A stretch of 64,000 nt of DNA from an uncultured Nitrospiraceae bacterium (lineage in GTDB: Bacteria > Nitrospirota > Nitrospiria > Nitrospirales > Nitrospiraceae), in the NCBI GenBank assembly GCA_963846575.1, contig CAWJWJ010000002.1:1536001-1600000 (forward strand). The letters run 5' to 3'. Within the stretch, counting starts at the first letter, position 1, and each line of letters starts with the position of its first letter. The notes under the pieces were generated by a model. It saw only the letters and a program-made list of their open reading frames with translations, did no database searches and was not told the DNA's origin. The position numbers were made by a program, and so were the translations under genes. Shown here piece by piece: positions 1 to 9,480 of this stretch.

Positions 1-591
1 CGCGCGCGCATGCAGTACGTCATGGGGAAGGCCGTGGTCAATCACACCCGCCGGGGGATCAGCAGCGGGATCCTTTCGGCGGATCAATACCGGAGCAACT
101 TCAACAATAATCTCATACGGACGGCCGAATTGACGGGACAGCGCATGCATGATCAATTCGAAGCCACCAGACAGGGGACACTGGGCCGGTCGATTGTCGA
201 GGCAGTGCAGGAAGAGGAGCGGATGGACTCGGCGGTGCAGGAGCAAATCGGGCGGGCGGTAATGCAAGTAACCCAAGCGCAGGAGCGTTATGGTGCGGCA
301 AGGGATGCACAAGAGACTCAATTGGCCGGCGCGGCTCTCGCGGCCGTGAGGGCCAATGCCCTGATGGAGCAGTTAACCCCGACTGAGGAGATTGCCCCGG
401 CACAAATCGTGGTGGCACATCACACGATTGCATCGGCTGACATATCCCGTGGGTCACTGATCCTGGCCTGTATGGGGTTGATCATCCTCTTCGTCGGCGG
501 GCTGGCTTTCGGCACCAGAAAGAGTGACGTGGAAACCATTCCGGTCTGGAAAATGGAAACGATACTGCAGTTACATCGATCCGGCAGATAA
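1..591 (+). CDS. Hypothetical coiled-coil protein with C-terminal transmembrane helix (probably 5'-truncated by window edge)
   Basis: Frame open from base 1; Gln/Ala-rich helical region, then hydrophobic segment LILACMGLIILFVGGLAF. Confidence 0.7.
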   Translation, partial: RARMQYVMGKAVVNHTRRGISSGILSADQYRSNFNNNLIRTAELTGQRMHDQFEATRQGTLGRSIVEAVQEEERMDSAVQEQIGRAVMQVTQAQERYGAARDAQETQLAGAALAAVRANALMEQLTPTEEIAPAQIVVAHHTIASADISRGSLILACMGLIILFVGGLAFGTRKSDVETIPVWKMETILQLHRSGR

Positions 592-651
592 CCACATACG
601 ACACCCCGGGAGTCGGGCTGGCGACACCCGGGGTGGCCGAGGAGGGTCGAT

Positions 652-774
652 ATGTCCTGGGAAAATTGGGTCGTGGCCATTGGGCTCGGCGCTCTCTTAA
701 TGATGTTTTTCGTGCTCATGGAGCTTTTCTTCGCCGGCAGGCGGCACCCCATGGATCATTCGCACAGGAAATGA
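652..774 (+). CDS. Small 40-aa single-TM membrane protein (MSWENWVVAIGLGALLMMFFVLMELFFAGRRHPMDHSHRK)
   Basis: Read directly; GGAGGG RBS upstream of ATG 652, hydrophobic core, TGA 772-774; below ORF-track cutoff. Confidence 0.6.
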   Translation: MSWENWVVAIGLGALLMMFFVLMELFFAGRRHPMDHSHRK

Positions 775-820
775 ACCGATTTGTCGGTGGGGACGGGGGG
801 GCCGGCGACGACGGTCAAAA

Positions 821-1162
821 CTAGTTCAGGCAGGACCAAAGACCCGGCAGCATGACTTTCGCCATCGCTTTAAGTTCGCATTCCGATTGCGGAGGAACGT
901 TTGCGAGCGCGATGCCGAATTCTTTTCCTTTCGCCCACCGTACGGTACCCCGGCGAATCAGCATCGGAATGTCGGGCGCCGGTTGGATAACAATCACCAC
1001 CAGTTCCATTCCCACACTGACTGGTTCATGGCCTCGAATTCGGCCCCCCGAGGTGGTGATATCCTCGGTTACTCCAATCGTCTGAAAGGTGCCATTGGAA
1101 TAATAGATCGGACACTGAGCCGGAATGCGACGGACTTCGCGTTCACGATAGGCGGCGTTCAT
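821..1162 (-). CDS. PilZ domain-containing protein
   Basis: RxxxR (REVRR), DITTSG, VRW..G.EFGI motifs; start reassigned to MNAAYRE. Confidence 0.75.
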   Translation of the reverse strand: MNAAYREREVRRIPAQCPIYYSNGTFQTIGVTEDITTSGGRIRGHEPVSVGMELVVIVIQPAPDIPMLIRRGTVRWAKGKEFGIALANVPPQSECELKAMAKVMLPGLWSCLN

Positions 1163-1593
1163 CACGAGAGACTTCCTTTCCTCGGGCTCCTGGGTCCGGG
1201 TGCCCGCATCAAGCATACTGTAGGCCTGGAAAGTGCGCACTGCCACCACGCTAACGTGGCGGCGATCATCCCGCCAAGCGCATCGTTCAGCACATCGTGT
1301 AGTGAGGTTTCGCGACCTGCTGCTGATCCCTGCGCCACCTCTGTCCATACGCCAAACACCGTCGTGAGCAGGATGCCGCAGACCAGGGCGTAGGGGAGCG
1401 GCCATCCGCGCAGGCGAAAGCCCTGGATGGCGAGCCAGGCGAGCAATCCGTAGGCCGGTACATGGGCCAAGTCCCGCCAGTTGTCCGGAACGAGTGTGAG
1501 TAGTCTACCGGTGACTCCAATGCCGGGCGAGGCGATCGCGAGACCGAGAAGGAGGAACATGTACCCGAGAACAACGACCACAACAACAGGCAT
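1162..1593 (-). CDS. VanZ-like family membrane protein
   Basis: D..H..AYG.L, E..Q...GR..S..D...D..G pattern, four TM segments. Confidence 0.8.
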   Translation of the reverse strand: MPVVVVVVLGYMFLLLGLAIASPGIGVTGRLLTLVPDNWRDLAHVPAYGLLAWLAIQGFRLRGWPLPYALVCGILLTTVFGVWTEVAQGSAAGRETSLHDVLNDALGGMIAATLAWWQCALSRPTVCLMRAPGPRSPRKGSLS

Positions 1594-1766
1594 GCAGGCA
1601 GTCCTTTCGGTGGGACCAATGATCCCGCGCAGAGTACTGTGCCCGGTTCCTGCGTTGCCATTCGTCGTTCGCCTGAGAACCTCATCCTTTCGAGGGGCGC
1701 GGAGTCAAACGAATTGGACCAAGCGTGGGTCGGGAATAGAAGGGAGGTTCAAAATGAGGAGAGACG

Positions 1767-2279
1767 TTACGCCTTTTTTTCCGGTGTCTGGTGCTGCCAT
1801 TGACTCGGGGCAGAGGCGTGAGCCTGGTATGCCTGGCCGAATCCCAACACGAGGTGAGCATCCGTCATCTGGAGTTCCCAGATGGCAAAGTCGCCGAAAC
1901 CGAACATCATTTGCGATTGCGGGAACCTTGCCAGATAACGCTCCTTCACGACCGTGTAGGACACGTCGGTGGGCGGCAGTACCGTTGCCGTACCCTGCAG
2001 ATTGATGCGTTGCAACGCCAGGGGATTTTTCCCGGGTTTGTCCGGCTCGGCAAGAAACAGGCTGACGCGAGCATTCGCGAGCAGGTGCTGGGTGTGCAAT
2101 GCCAGCCGGCTGAGGTGGAGATATACACGGCACCAGTCGGTTCCGAACACATAAGGGACGTGAGAGCCGAAGGGATGGCCGTCCCGCAGGGTCAGCAATA
2201 CACCGGTACGTACCTCATCCACCAGCCGCCGCCAGGCGGCCTGAACCTCTTCACTCGACATGTCATCCGCAATAGGCAT
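1767..2279 (-). CDS. Pyridoxamine 5'-phosphate oxidase-like FMN/heme-binding protein (HugZ-like)
   Basis: G.PFGS.VPY, S.LA.HT..L..N.RVSL, R..LQG.A, Y..RFP, GFGQA; GGAGG RBS before MPIADD. Confidence 0.8.
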   Translation of the reverse strand: MPIADDMSSEEVQAAWRRLVDEVRTGVLLTLRDGHPFGSHVPYVFGTDWCRVYLHLSRLALHTQHLLANARVSLFLAEPDKPGKNPLALQRINLQGTATVLPPTDVSYTVVKERYLARFPQSQMMFGFGDFAIWELQMTDAHLVLGFGQAYQAHASAPSQWQHQTPEKKA

Positions 2280-2469
2280 GAGCCAACCTCCTGGTCGGGT
2301 CATTGTATCGGCGGCGGGGGAATTGTCCAGAGATCGTGCATTGCCGACATGGCCTCTCTTTTGAAGCCATAGTCCGAGTCGATGTCCCTTTGCGCCCGGG
2401 AAGGACGACGGAGTAACATGGGCTCGACATGGAGCGAGGCTGCAGAAGGATGGAAAAGGGAGATATACA

Positions 2470-2871
2470 ATGAGAGACATGCGGCTGGGGATCGTGCTGG
2501 CAATCATCTGTATCGCAACGGGAGTAAGCGGCTGCGGTGGAAAACAAGCGGAGATCAAGGAAGACCGGCTGACGGTAGGTCGAGTTCAAGGCGAAGTGAA
2601 AGTAGGCATGTCCGCAGCTCAGGTGGCGGAGCTGCTGGGTTCCCCGAATATCGTGACCACGGACGATAAGCGCCGCGAAGTCTGGATCTATGACAAGGTG
2701 TCGACTGACCGTGTGGACACTGCGAGTTCCTCCTTTGCGGGGCTCATCATTCTCGGCGCCAACTCCAGTGACCGCTCGAGTTCACAACGGCAGCGGACCC
2801 TCACCATTATCATTAAGTACGACGAAGAGAAAAAGGTCCGTGATTTTGCCTATAACTCTACCCAATTCTAG
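2470..2871 (+). CDS. SmpA/OmlA (BamE-like) domain lipoprotein
   Basis: Lipobox VSGC; V.VGMS..QV..LLGSP...E.W.Y, L.I.YD....V..F. Confidence 0.7.
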   Translation: MRDMRLGIVLAIICIATGVSGCGGKQAEIKEDRLTVGRVQGEVKVGMSAAQVAELLGSPNIVTTDDKRREVWIYDKVSTDRVDTASSSFAGLIILGANSSDRSSSQRQRTLTIIIKYDEEKKVRDFAYNSTQF

Positions 2872-3463
2872 AATCTCGGGTCGACAGCGCCTTGGTTCGA
2901 CCGCTGGCCTGGTGACCGGTCTGATGGTGGTGCTGTCGATATACGGCTGTGTGCGCCAGACACAGCCTGCGGAATTATTCCAACTCTCTCCGGAAAGTAA
3001 TGCCAACCGGGCGATGCAAACCCGCTTTTTCGAGACGGCCAATAGCCGGGAACTACTGTCGGCCTCGGCCGCTGCGTTACAGGATCTTGGATTTCAAGTC
3101 GAGGAGAGCGTACGTGAAGTCGGGTTCTTGCGGGCGGCAAAGGAACGCAGTGCGCGGGAGTACGGACAATACCTCAATCAGTTTTTCGTCTGGCTCCTCT
3201 CGTTGGGCCACGTCATCATGCCAGTCGATTTGCATCAGAAGATCGCCGCCACCATTGTGGCGCGCCCGGTCACTCAGGACGGCACGAAGCAAGAGGTTCG
3301 AATCATGTTCTACCGGGTGCTGTGGAAGGGCGACGGTCAAAGCGACCGCAATTACATCCCGCCCGGCGAGCAGAAGATGGAAATGATCCGCGATCCTGAC
3401 ATCTACCAACAGTTTTTTGCGAAACTTTCGAAGGCTGTGTTTTTAGAGCCGTATACGATCTAA
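2840..3463 (+). CDS. Uncharacterised lipoprotein, paralog 1 (QTRxF...LQDLGF family); start uncertain
   Basis: Lipobox IYGC; shares motifs with the next two genes. Confidence 0.7.
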   Translation: MILPITLPNSRISGRQRLGSTAGLVTGLMVVLSIYGCVRQTQPAELFQLSPESNANRAMQTRFFETANSRELLSASAAALQDLGFQVEESVREVGFLRAAKERSAREYGQYLNQFFVWLLSLGHVIMPVDLHQKIAATIVARPVTQDGTKQEVRIMFYRVLWKGDGQSDRNYIPPGEQKMEMIRDPDIYQQFFAKLSKAVFLEPYTI

Positions 3464-3475
3464 TTGCGAGGACTC

Positions 3476-3913
3476 ATGACTTGGAGAGGAACGGGGCGAG
3501 CGGCTGTGGTTCTCATCGGATGCATGACACTATCTGGCTGCACAGCGCCGGAACCGCGCAAGGAACTCTTCGCGCCAACCGATGCGCAAATGAAAATACG
3601 TAGTGCACAGAGCCGCACCTTCGACGTCCAGGATGGTACGAATGCCATGCGCGGCGTGATCGCGGCCTTGCAGGACTTGGGATTTATCATCGAGCGAGCC
3701 AATGAACCCTTGGGACTGGTGACGGCCGCCAGATTCGCCGAGCCGAACTATTATGACGTGCTGGGGGTGACGGTGACCGTGCGCCCGCAGCAGGACGGAA
3801 AGACGATGATCCGCGCCAATGCCATTTATAACAATAAACCAATCGAAGACCCCAAGGTGTACCAGAACTTTTTTGCCGCAGTGGAACGCTCATTGTTTCT
3901 CACCAAGGACTAG
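3476..3913 (+). CDS. Uncharacterised lipoprotein, paralog 2
   Basis: Lipobox LSGC; QSRTFD...LQDLGF...YQNFF..VERSLFL. Confidence 0.75.
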   Translation: MTWRGTGRAAVVLIGCMTLSGCTAPEPRKELFAPTDAQMKIRSAQSRTFDVQDGTNAMRGVIAALQDLGFIIERANEPLGLVTAARFAEPNYYDVLGVTVTVRPQQDGKTMIRANAIYNNKPIEDPKVYQNFFAAVERSLFLTKD

Positions 3914-3915
3914 GC

Positions 3916-4515
3916 GTGACGAGACGAACTGCTTGGGTTTTCCGCCCGCCACTATTCGCCATCCGCCGGTTCGTTGCCTGTTTTCTGGGCCTGGCGTGTT
4001 TGACCACCGCGTGCTCGCCCTATGAGTGGCGGCACGAAAACCAATGGGAATCGCGCGACCAGATCTGGCTTTCGGAAGCCAGCCAGGTGAAGGTACGCTC
4101 GGCCCAAAGCCGGGTGTTCGACACAACCGATCGCTCCAAAACGATTCAGGCGGTGGTCTCGACGTTTCAGGATCTCGGCTTCGCAGTGGAAGTCCTGGAT
4201 GAGGAGCTGGGTATTGTGTCCGGCAAGAAATTCGACGATTATGAATCTCCCCTGGGGGGCGACCCGTCTTTCTATACCTACCGGGACGACGGGCTTTTGA
4301 TCCTGACCAGACAGTTCCGGAGTTGGGGACCCTTCTATCACCGCAGCGACCTTGTCCGCCTCACCGCTACGGTCAGACCTCGTGGCGACAGGCAACTTGT
4401 GGTGCGCGCCAGTGCACAGTACTATCTCAAGGCCGTTGAGACGCCAGAACCCTATCAGCAATTTTTTCGAGCCCTGGAACAGGCGCTCTTCATCCAGCCC
4501 CACACCTCGCCATAG
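3916..4515 (+). CDS. Uncharacterised lipoprotein, paralog 3
   Basis: Lipobox-like TTAC; QSRVFD...FQDLGF...YQQFF..LEQALFI. Confidence 0.75.
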   Translation: MTRRTAWVFRPPLFAIRRFVACFLGLACLTTACSPYEWRHENQWESRDQIWLSEASQVKVRSAQSRVFDTTDRSKTIQAVVSTFQDLGFAVEVLDEELGIVSGKKFDDYESPLGGDPSFYTYRDDGLLILTRQFRSWGPFYHRSDLVRLTATVRPRGDRQLVVRASAQYYLKAVETPEPYQQFFRALEQALFIQPHTSP

Positions 4516-4890
4516 GAATGGCGCAATCCTCATCACCTGCTAGTTCAGCCGCACAGCATATTCGGCTTTCCACTGGACCAAGGATCGGAGAATTCCTATG
4601 AGGTTCACCCGTTTCATAAAGACAATCTTGTGCAGGGAGTGGAGGGTGACCAACGAAATCCCGAAAGTTGCCCAGACTGACGGGCATGATTCGTTCGGCA
4701 CTCTGGCACAAGAGACAAGCAGATTTGCGGGACACCTAAGGCAGAGTCGTTGTCCCCGACCGTCCCTGCTCCTGACTGGATTCAAGGACGCTTCCTGCAC
4801 AGGGTAAGTTCTGTACCCGCTTCTGCCAGTCACGGCAGCAATTTGTGTACGCGTCTCTCCCGGCAGCCTGTAGCCTGTCGCCCGACCTCC

Positions 4891-4919
4891 TTGACACTTG
4901 CCAGTGCTCGGCCTAGCCT
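4891..4919 (+). promoter_or_regulatory. Sigma70-type promoter for dodecin
   Basis: TTGACA-N17-TAGCCT. Confidence 0.55.
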
Positions 4920-4962
4920 GATGGCTCAGAGGCAGTGCTCACCTTCAACCGGGAGGCCTATC

Positions 4963-5166
4963 ATGTCTGTCGCACGAGTAACGGAAATCATTGCCGCTTC
5001 TCCGAAGAGTTTCGACGATGCGCTCCACCTGGGCATTGCACGCGCGAATAAGACTCTCCAGAACGTGAAGAGTGCCTGGATCGAAGATCAGAAGGTGGAG
5101 ATTACGGATGGAAAAATCACGCAGTACCGCGTGGCACTCAAAGTGACGTTTGTCCTCAAAGACTAA
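4963..5166 (+). CDS. Dodecin (flavin-binding) family protein
   Basis: MSVARVTEIIA.S..SFDDA...GI.RA.KTL.NV..AW...YRV.LKVTF.L; GGAGG RBS. Confidence 0.9.
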   Translation: MSVARVTEIIAASPKSFDDALHLGIARANKTLQNVKSAWIEDQKVEITDGKITQYRVALKVTFVLKD

Positions 5167-5175
5167 GGGAGCTTT

Positions 5176-5352
5176 ATGAAAAATGTGGAGATGACCGTCG
5201 AGGGAACTCTGTTGACGATCAAGGTGGATCTCTCGAAAGAGTTTGGACCATCAGCCTCGGGAAAGACCATTATCATTGCCTCGACGGAGGGCAACGTCAC
5301 CATCCCGGACCGGGAAGAAAAAATCGGGCTGAATGTTTATCGGAAGAAGTGA
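5176..5352 (+). CDS. Small 58-aa hypothetical protein (MKNVEMTVEGTLLTIKVDLSKEFGPSASGKTIIIASTEGNVTIPDREEKIGLNVYRKK)
   Basis: Read directly; AGGGAG RBS, protein-like beta-rich sequence; below ORF-track cutoff. Confidence 0.8.
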   Translation: MKNVEMTVEGTLLTIKVDLSKEFGPSASGKTIIIASTEGNVTIPDREEKIGLNVYRKK

Positions 5353-5519
5353 AGGGGTTCGGATGCCGGGCCTTCTTCGGTAGATCCGCGCATGCAGTGC
5401 CATGGCATCGGCGAAGAACCGTGGAGAACATCCGCCTGGATTCTTGTCGTTAAACATAGGACAATGCGCGGCGGGGTAGTGGAGTGACCACCCCACGATC
5501 TGTGATGGGTAGACAAGCC

Positions 5520-7085
5520 ATGTCCATGACAGCAAAGACGCTGGTTGAATCTACTGGGCCTGCTGTCCTGATCGTCGATGACGATCCTGACATCGGACTC
5601 GTGCTGCACGATCTTTTACGACATGACGGATATCAGGTGCAGGTCACTTCCACGGGAGCGGAAGCACTGGCTCGGGCCAAAGACGCGTCATTTTCGGCCG
5701 TCTTGCTCGATTTGATGTTACCGGACATGGACGGTCTCTCCGTCCTCACCTTATTAAAACAAATCGATCCTCTCTTGCCGGTCATTATGCTGACGGCGTT
5801 TGTTGAAGTGGCCAAAAAGCATGGATCCCTCACCGAAGGCGCGTTCGGCTATTTGACCAAGCCCTACGATGGGGAGGAACTGAAAGCTCTGATCAAGCGT
5901 GCGGTCGGAGTGAAACATCTTTCGATTGAAGCCGCTGCGGCAAAAAAAGCATTGTCCGCCAGTGAGGATCGGTTCCGCGAAGTCGTGCAGACGGCCCCGG
6001 ACGCGATCGTGCTCGCCGATGGAGCGGGGTACATTCTGACATGGAACAAGGCGGCCGAGCGGCTGTTCGGGTATAACGCAGGGGAGGCACAGGGACAGTC
6101 TCTGACGATGATCATGCCCGAGCGATATCGGGTTCCCCACCAACTGGCGCTGCAGCGCATCAGCACGACGGGGGAATTGCGCCTGAAGGGGGCTACGGTG
6201 ACCATGCATGGCTTGCACAAGGACGGCCGGGAATTTCCGATTGAGATGTCGCTCAGCAGCTGGATTTCCGGAGGTCAGCGGGTGCACTGCGGTATCGTGC
6301 GAGACATCACCGCCCGGAAGGAGTCAGAAGCACGACTGCTGCAGCAGCAGCTTGAACAGCAGGCCCTGCTGGACTTGATCCCGGCAATGGTTTGGTATAA
6401 GGATCCGCACAACCGTATCCTGCGCGTGAATCGCCGTGCAGCCGAATCCCTTCAGAAGCCCATCGCCGAAATCGAGGGGCATACAACCGAAGAGTTCTAT
6501 CCGGACGAAGCTGAGCGGTATCATCAGGACGATCTGGAAGTCATCGTGTCAGGGCGGCCCAAAGTTGGGATCGTAGAGCCCTATCGCGCAGGGTCGGGGG
6601 AGAAACGATGGATCCAGACCGATAAGGTTCCCTATCTCGACCCGGGAGGGCATATACTCGGTGTGTTAGTGTTCGCGCAGGACATCACGGAGCGCCGGCG
6701 GACAGAGGAGGCGTTGCGTGAAACTGAGGAGCGATTACGCATCCTGATGGAATCCGCGCTGCATGGTCTTGTCATGGTCGATGCAGGCGGAACGATTCTC
6801 ATGGTGAATGCCCGTCTCGAAACCCAATTCGGGTATGAAAGCGGTGAACTGCTCAGGCGGGCGGTAGATAGCCTGCTGCCGCCGCGGTTGCGCGCTCGGC
6901 ATTCCGAACAGCGATCCGCGTTCCTGGTCCACGCTGAAGAGAGCTCGCTCAGTAACCGCCGCCACCTGATAGGCGTGCGGAAGGACGGAACGGAGTTTCC
7001 CCTGACTATTTATTTGAACCCCCGGGCGACCACGGAGGGGGTGTATGTCGTTGCCTCGGTAGGCGACCCGCATGGGGTCGCGTGA
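5520..7085 (+). CDS. Receiver (REC) plus three PAS domains, no output domain
   Basis: VLIVDDD...LLDLMLPDMDG...LT...YLTKP; three PAS/PAC repeats (N..AERLFGY, DIT.RK). Confidence 0.85.
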   Translation: MSMTAKTLVESTGPAVLIVDDDPDIGLVLHDLLRHDGYQVQVTSTGAEALARAKDASFSAVLLDLMLPDMDGLSVLTLLKQIDPLLPVIMLTAFVEVAKKHGSLTEGAFGYLTKPYDGEELKALIKRAVGVKHLSIEAAAAKKALSASEDRFREVVQTAPDAIVLADGAGYILTWNKAAERLFGYNAGEAQGQSLTMIMPERYRVPHQLALQRISTTGELRLKGATVTMHGLHKDGREFPIEMSLSSWISGGQRVHCGIVRDITARKESEARLLQQQLEQQALLDLIPAMVWYKDPHNRILRVNRRAAESLQKPIAEIEGHTTEEFYPDEAERYHQDDLEVIVSGRPKVGIVEPYRAGSGEKRWIQTDKVPYLDPGGHILGVLVFAQDITERRRTEEALRETEERLRILMESALHGLVMVDAGGTILMVNARLETQFGYESGELLRRAVDSLLPPRLRARHSEQRSAFLVHAEESSLSNRRHLIGVRKDGTEFPLTIYLNPRATTEGVYVVASVGDPHGVA

Positions 7086-7534
7086 ATCTTCGGATGGTCC
7101 TGATCATCAGCGTACTGGGCTTCGTCGGCTTGTTGCTGGTGATTGGAGTGCGCACCTTCATCCGTTGGATAAAAATTCACTACCCCCGGCGCGCCTCCGC
7201 CATCCTCACGGCATTCACGATCGGAGCCATCGCGACAGGGTGGTTGATTGTGCTGGAAATACAAGACCAGCCCGCTTTTCAATCGAATGATCTCATCACC
7301 CTGCAGGAGCCGGTGGTTGCGACGACCATTCCAGCCGACCGTGAGGCCCGTGCCGTTCCCTGCGTGGTGGATCTCCGGGCGCATCTGGGTGTGATGGAGG
7401 TCGAGATCGAGAGCGGCAGCTTGAATGCGCGCGTGGAGAGTAACAATACCTCGTCGCCGTTATACTGTCCGATCGGCGCGGACGTCCGGATTGACATCGC
7501 GTGGCTCCACCGGCCGACGGTGACGCGGCGCTAA
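7082..7534 (+). CDS. Hypothetical membrane protein
   Basis: Two TM segments; GTGA overlap with upstream stop. Confidence 0.65.
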   Translation: MNLRMVLIISVLGFVGLLLVIGVRTFIRWIKIHYPRRASAILTAFTIGAIATGWLIVLEIQDQPAFQSNDLITLQEPVVATTIPADREARAVPCVVDLRAHLGVMEVEIESGSLNARVESNNTSSPLYCPIGADVRIDIAWLHRPTVTRR

Positions 7535-7576
7535 CACACAGCTCCTTCCCGAAACGATTCCACCTCTGTCCCACCT

Positions 7577-8707
7577 TCACCGAGGCTCAGTCAGTCGCGT
7601 CTTGCGAAAAATCTGCACGAGCGCCCAGACGAAGAGTCCTCCTTCCAGCCAGCCGAATTGTTCTCTGCGGGGCACGGCCGTCGCCGACCCCTGTGGTCTC
7701 GAAGGCCAAATCGCAGCATGACCCGGAGAGCTTGTTGGTCCGGGGAGCGAAGCTCCAGGCTCCGCCGGCGTGCCTGCGTTCCGGGCTGCAGATTCGCCGG
7801 AGGCCTTTTCGGAATCCACGGTGACGGCGTCTTTTGACGGAACAATCCGCGCACCGGCTCGCCTGGCATAGACCTTGGTGAATTCTGCCCCGAACAACAA
7901 AATTTGCGTCGAGTAGTAGACCCATATGAGCAGAATGACCAAAGATCCGGCCGCACCATAGGCAGACCCGACGTCGCTTTTGCCGAGATAAAGCCCGATC
8001 GAGAACTTTCCAATCGTAAAGAGAAGGGCCGTGATTGCGGCACCCACCCAGACATCCCGCCAAGCCACCTGGGCATCAGGAAGGACCTTGAACATCATGG
8101 CGAACAGTGCGGTGATGACGACGAAAGACAAGAGGGCGTTCATCAGGTGCAGGATAAATTCAGGCGCGGGCAGCCACCCCTCGAAGACCCTGCCCAGAGC
8201 TGCCAATCCGGCGCTCAGGACTAACGACACCAGCAGCAGAAACCCGGTCCCGAACACGGCCAGAAAGGAGAGGAAGCGATCCCGGATGATGGCCCAGACC
8301 CCCTGCGTGGTTGGTTCAACCTCCCAGATGCTGTTCAACGAATCCTGGAGCTGTCCGAATAATCCTGACGCCCCGATCAGCAACGTCGCGAGCGCCGTGA
8401 CCGATGCCACGATGCCGGTGGCCGGCTGACTCGCGCGCTGAAGCATGTCCTTGATGGCCGCGGTGCTTTGTTGGCCGAGCAGATTTTCAAGTTCTTGCAG
8501 GATGTAGCTCTGCGCCGCCTCCTGTCCAAAGACCAGCCCGATCATGGCGATGATGATGATGAGCAGCGGAACGATCGAAAACACGGTGTAGTAGGCCAGG
8601 GCTGCGCCATGGCGTGGGATCTTGTCTCGACTCCATTGAGCAGCTGTTTCCTTCAGCAGGTCCCACATTTCGCGGGCGCTGGATAGACTCAAAGTGCGAA
8701 TGATCAT
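7577..8707 (-). CDS. YihY/virulence factor BrkB family membrane protein
   Basis: GAALAYYT.FS..PLL, L.DSLN.IW, YGAAGSLV.LL.W.YYS.QILL.GAE. Confidence 0.92.
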   Translation of the reverse strand: MIIRTLSLSSAREMWDLLKETAAQWSRDKIPRHGAALAYYTVFSIVPLLIIIIAMIGLVFGQEAAQSYILQELENLLGQQSTAAIKDMLQRASQPATGIVASVTALATLLIGASGLFGQLQDSLNSIWEVEPTTQGVWAIIRDRFLSFLAVFGTGFLLLVSLVLSAGLAALGRVFEGWLPAPEFILHLMNALLSFVVITALFAMMFKVLPDAQVAWRDVWVGAAITALLFTIGKFSIGLYLGKSDVGSAYGAAGSLVILLIWVYYSTQILLFGAEFTKVYARRAGARIVPSKDAVTVDSEKASGESAARNAGTPAEPGASLPGPTSSPGHAAIWPSRPQGSATAVPRREQFGWLEGGLFVWALVQIFRKTRLTEPR

Positions 8708-8917
8708 TCTCCTCGCATGCCTTTCGATGTTGGAACCGGAGTAAGGCCGAACATCCTGAAGATTTCGAATGTCATCATGCCATCATGGCCGATTCGTCTT
8801 GGGAACTAGGGCTTCCCCGAGCTACTTCCAATGCCTGGCAGATGTTACGTTTTTAAGGCGCGTACCCGCACGAGCAGTCCCCAAGAAAAACAGTCATCAC
8901 GAAGAAGGAGAGAGCTA

Positions 8918-9439
8918 ATGGCAAAGACAGCGGTCATGGCATCCGGAATTATTGAAATGTTGAAGGAGGATCATAACAAGGTGAAGGGACTATTCGAGGA
9001 GTTCGAATCCGCGGAGGGCCGGGAACGAGCCGGGATCGCAAAGACGGCCCTTCAAGAACTTGAAGTGCATGCCAACCTCGAAGAATCACTGATCTATCCG
9101 GCCATCAGAAAAGAGATTGACGGGCATGACTTGATGAGTGAGGCAATCGAGGAGCATCACCTTGTCCATGTCCTGATCAAAGAGCTCAAAAAACTCAAAC
9201 CCGGCGATGAGAAGTTTCAGGCCAAGTTCACGGTGCTCGGCGAGTTGGTGAAGCACCACATCGAGGAAGAAGAGAACGAAATGTTGCCGCAGGCAGAGGA
9301 AAGTGACCTGGATTGGGAGTCGCTGGAGGCGCGCGTGATGACGCGACGGGAGGCGTTGATGGCCAAAGCCAGCGGGCGAGGTAAACCGTCCAGGCGTGCT
9401 TCGTCCTCATCGAGAGCGTCGAAAAAGTCTGCCCGGTAA
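8918..9439 (+). CDS. Hemerythrin/HHE cation-binding domain protein
   Basis: L.EDH..V, L.VH..LEE..IYP, EEH, VKHHIEEEE; GAAGGAG RBS. Confidence 0.88.
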   Translation: MAKTAVMASGIIEMLKEDHNKVKGLFEEFESAEGRERAGIAKTALQELEVHANLEESLIYPAIRKEIDGHDLMSEAIEEHHLVHVLIKELKKLKPGDEKFQAKFTVLGELVKHHIEEEENEMLPQAEESDLDWESLEARVMTRREALMAKASGRGKPSRRASSSSRASKKSAR

Positions 9440-9480
9440 ATTAGATTCACGAACGGCTGGTCCCACTTGAGGAAATCACC

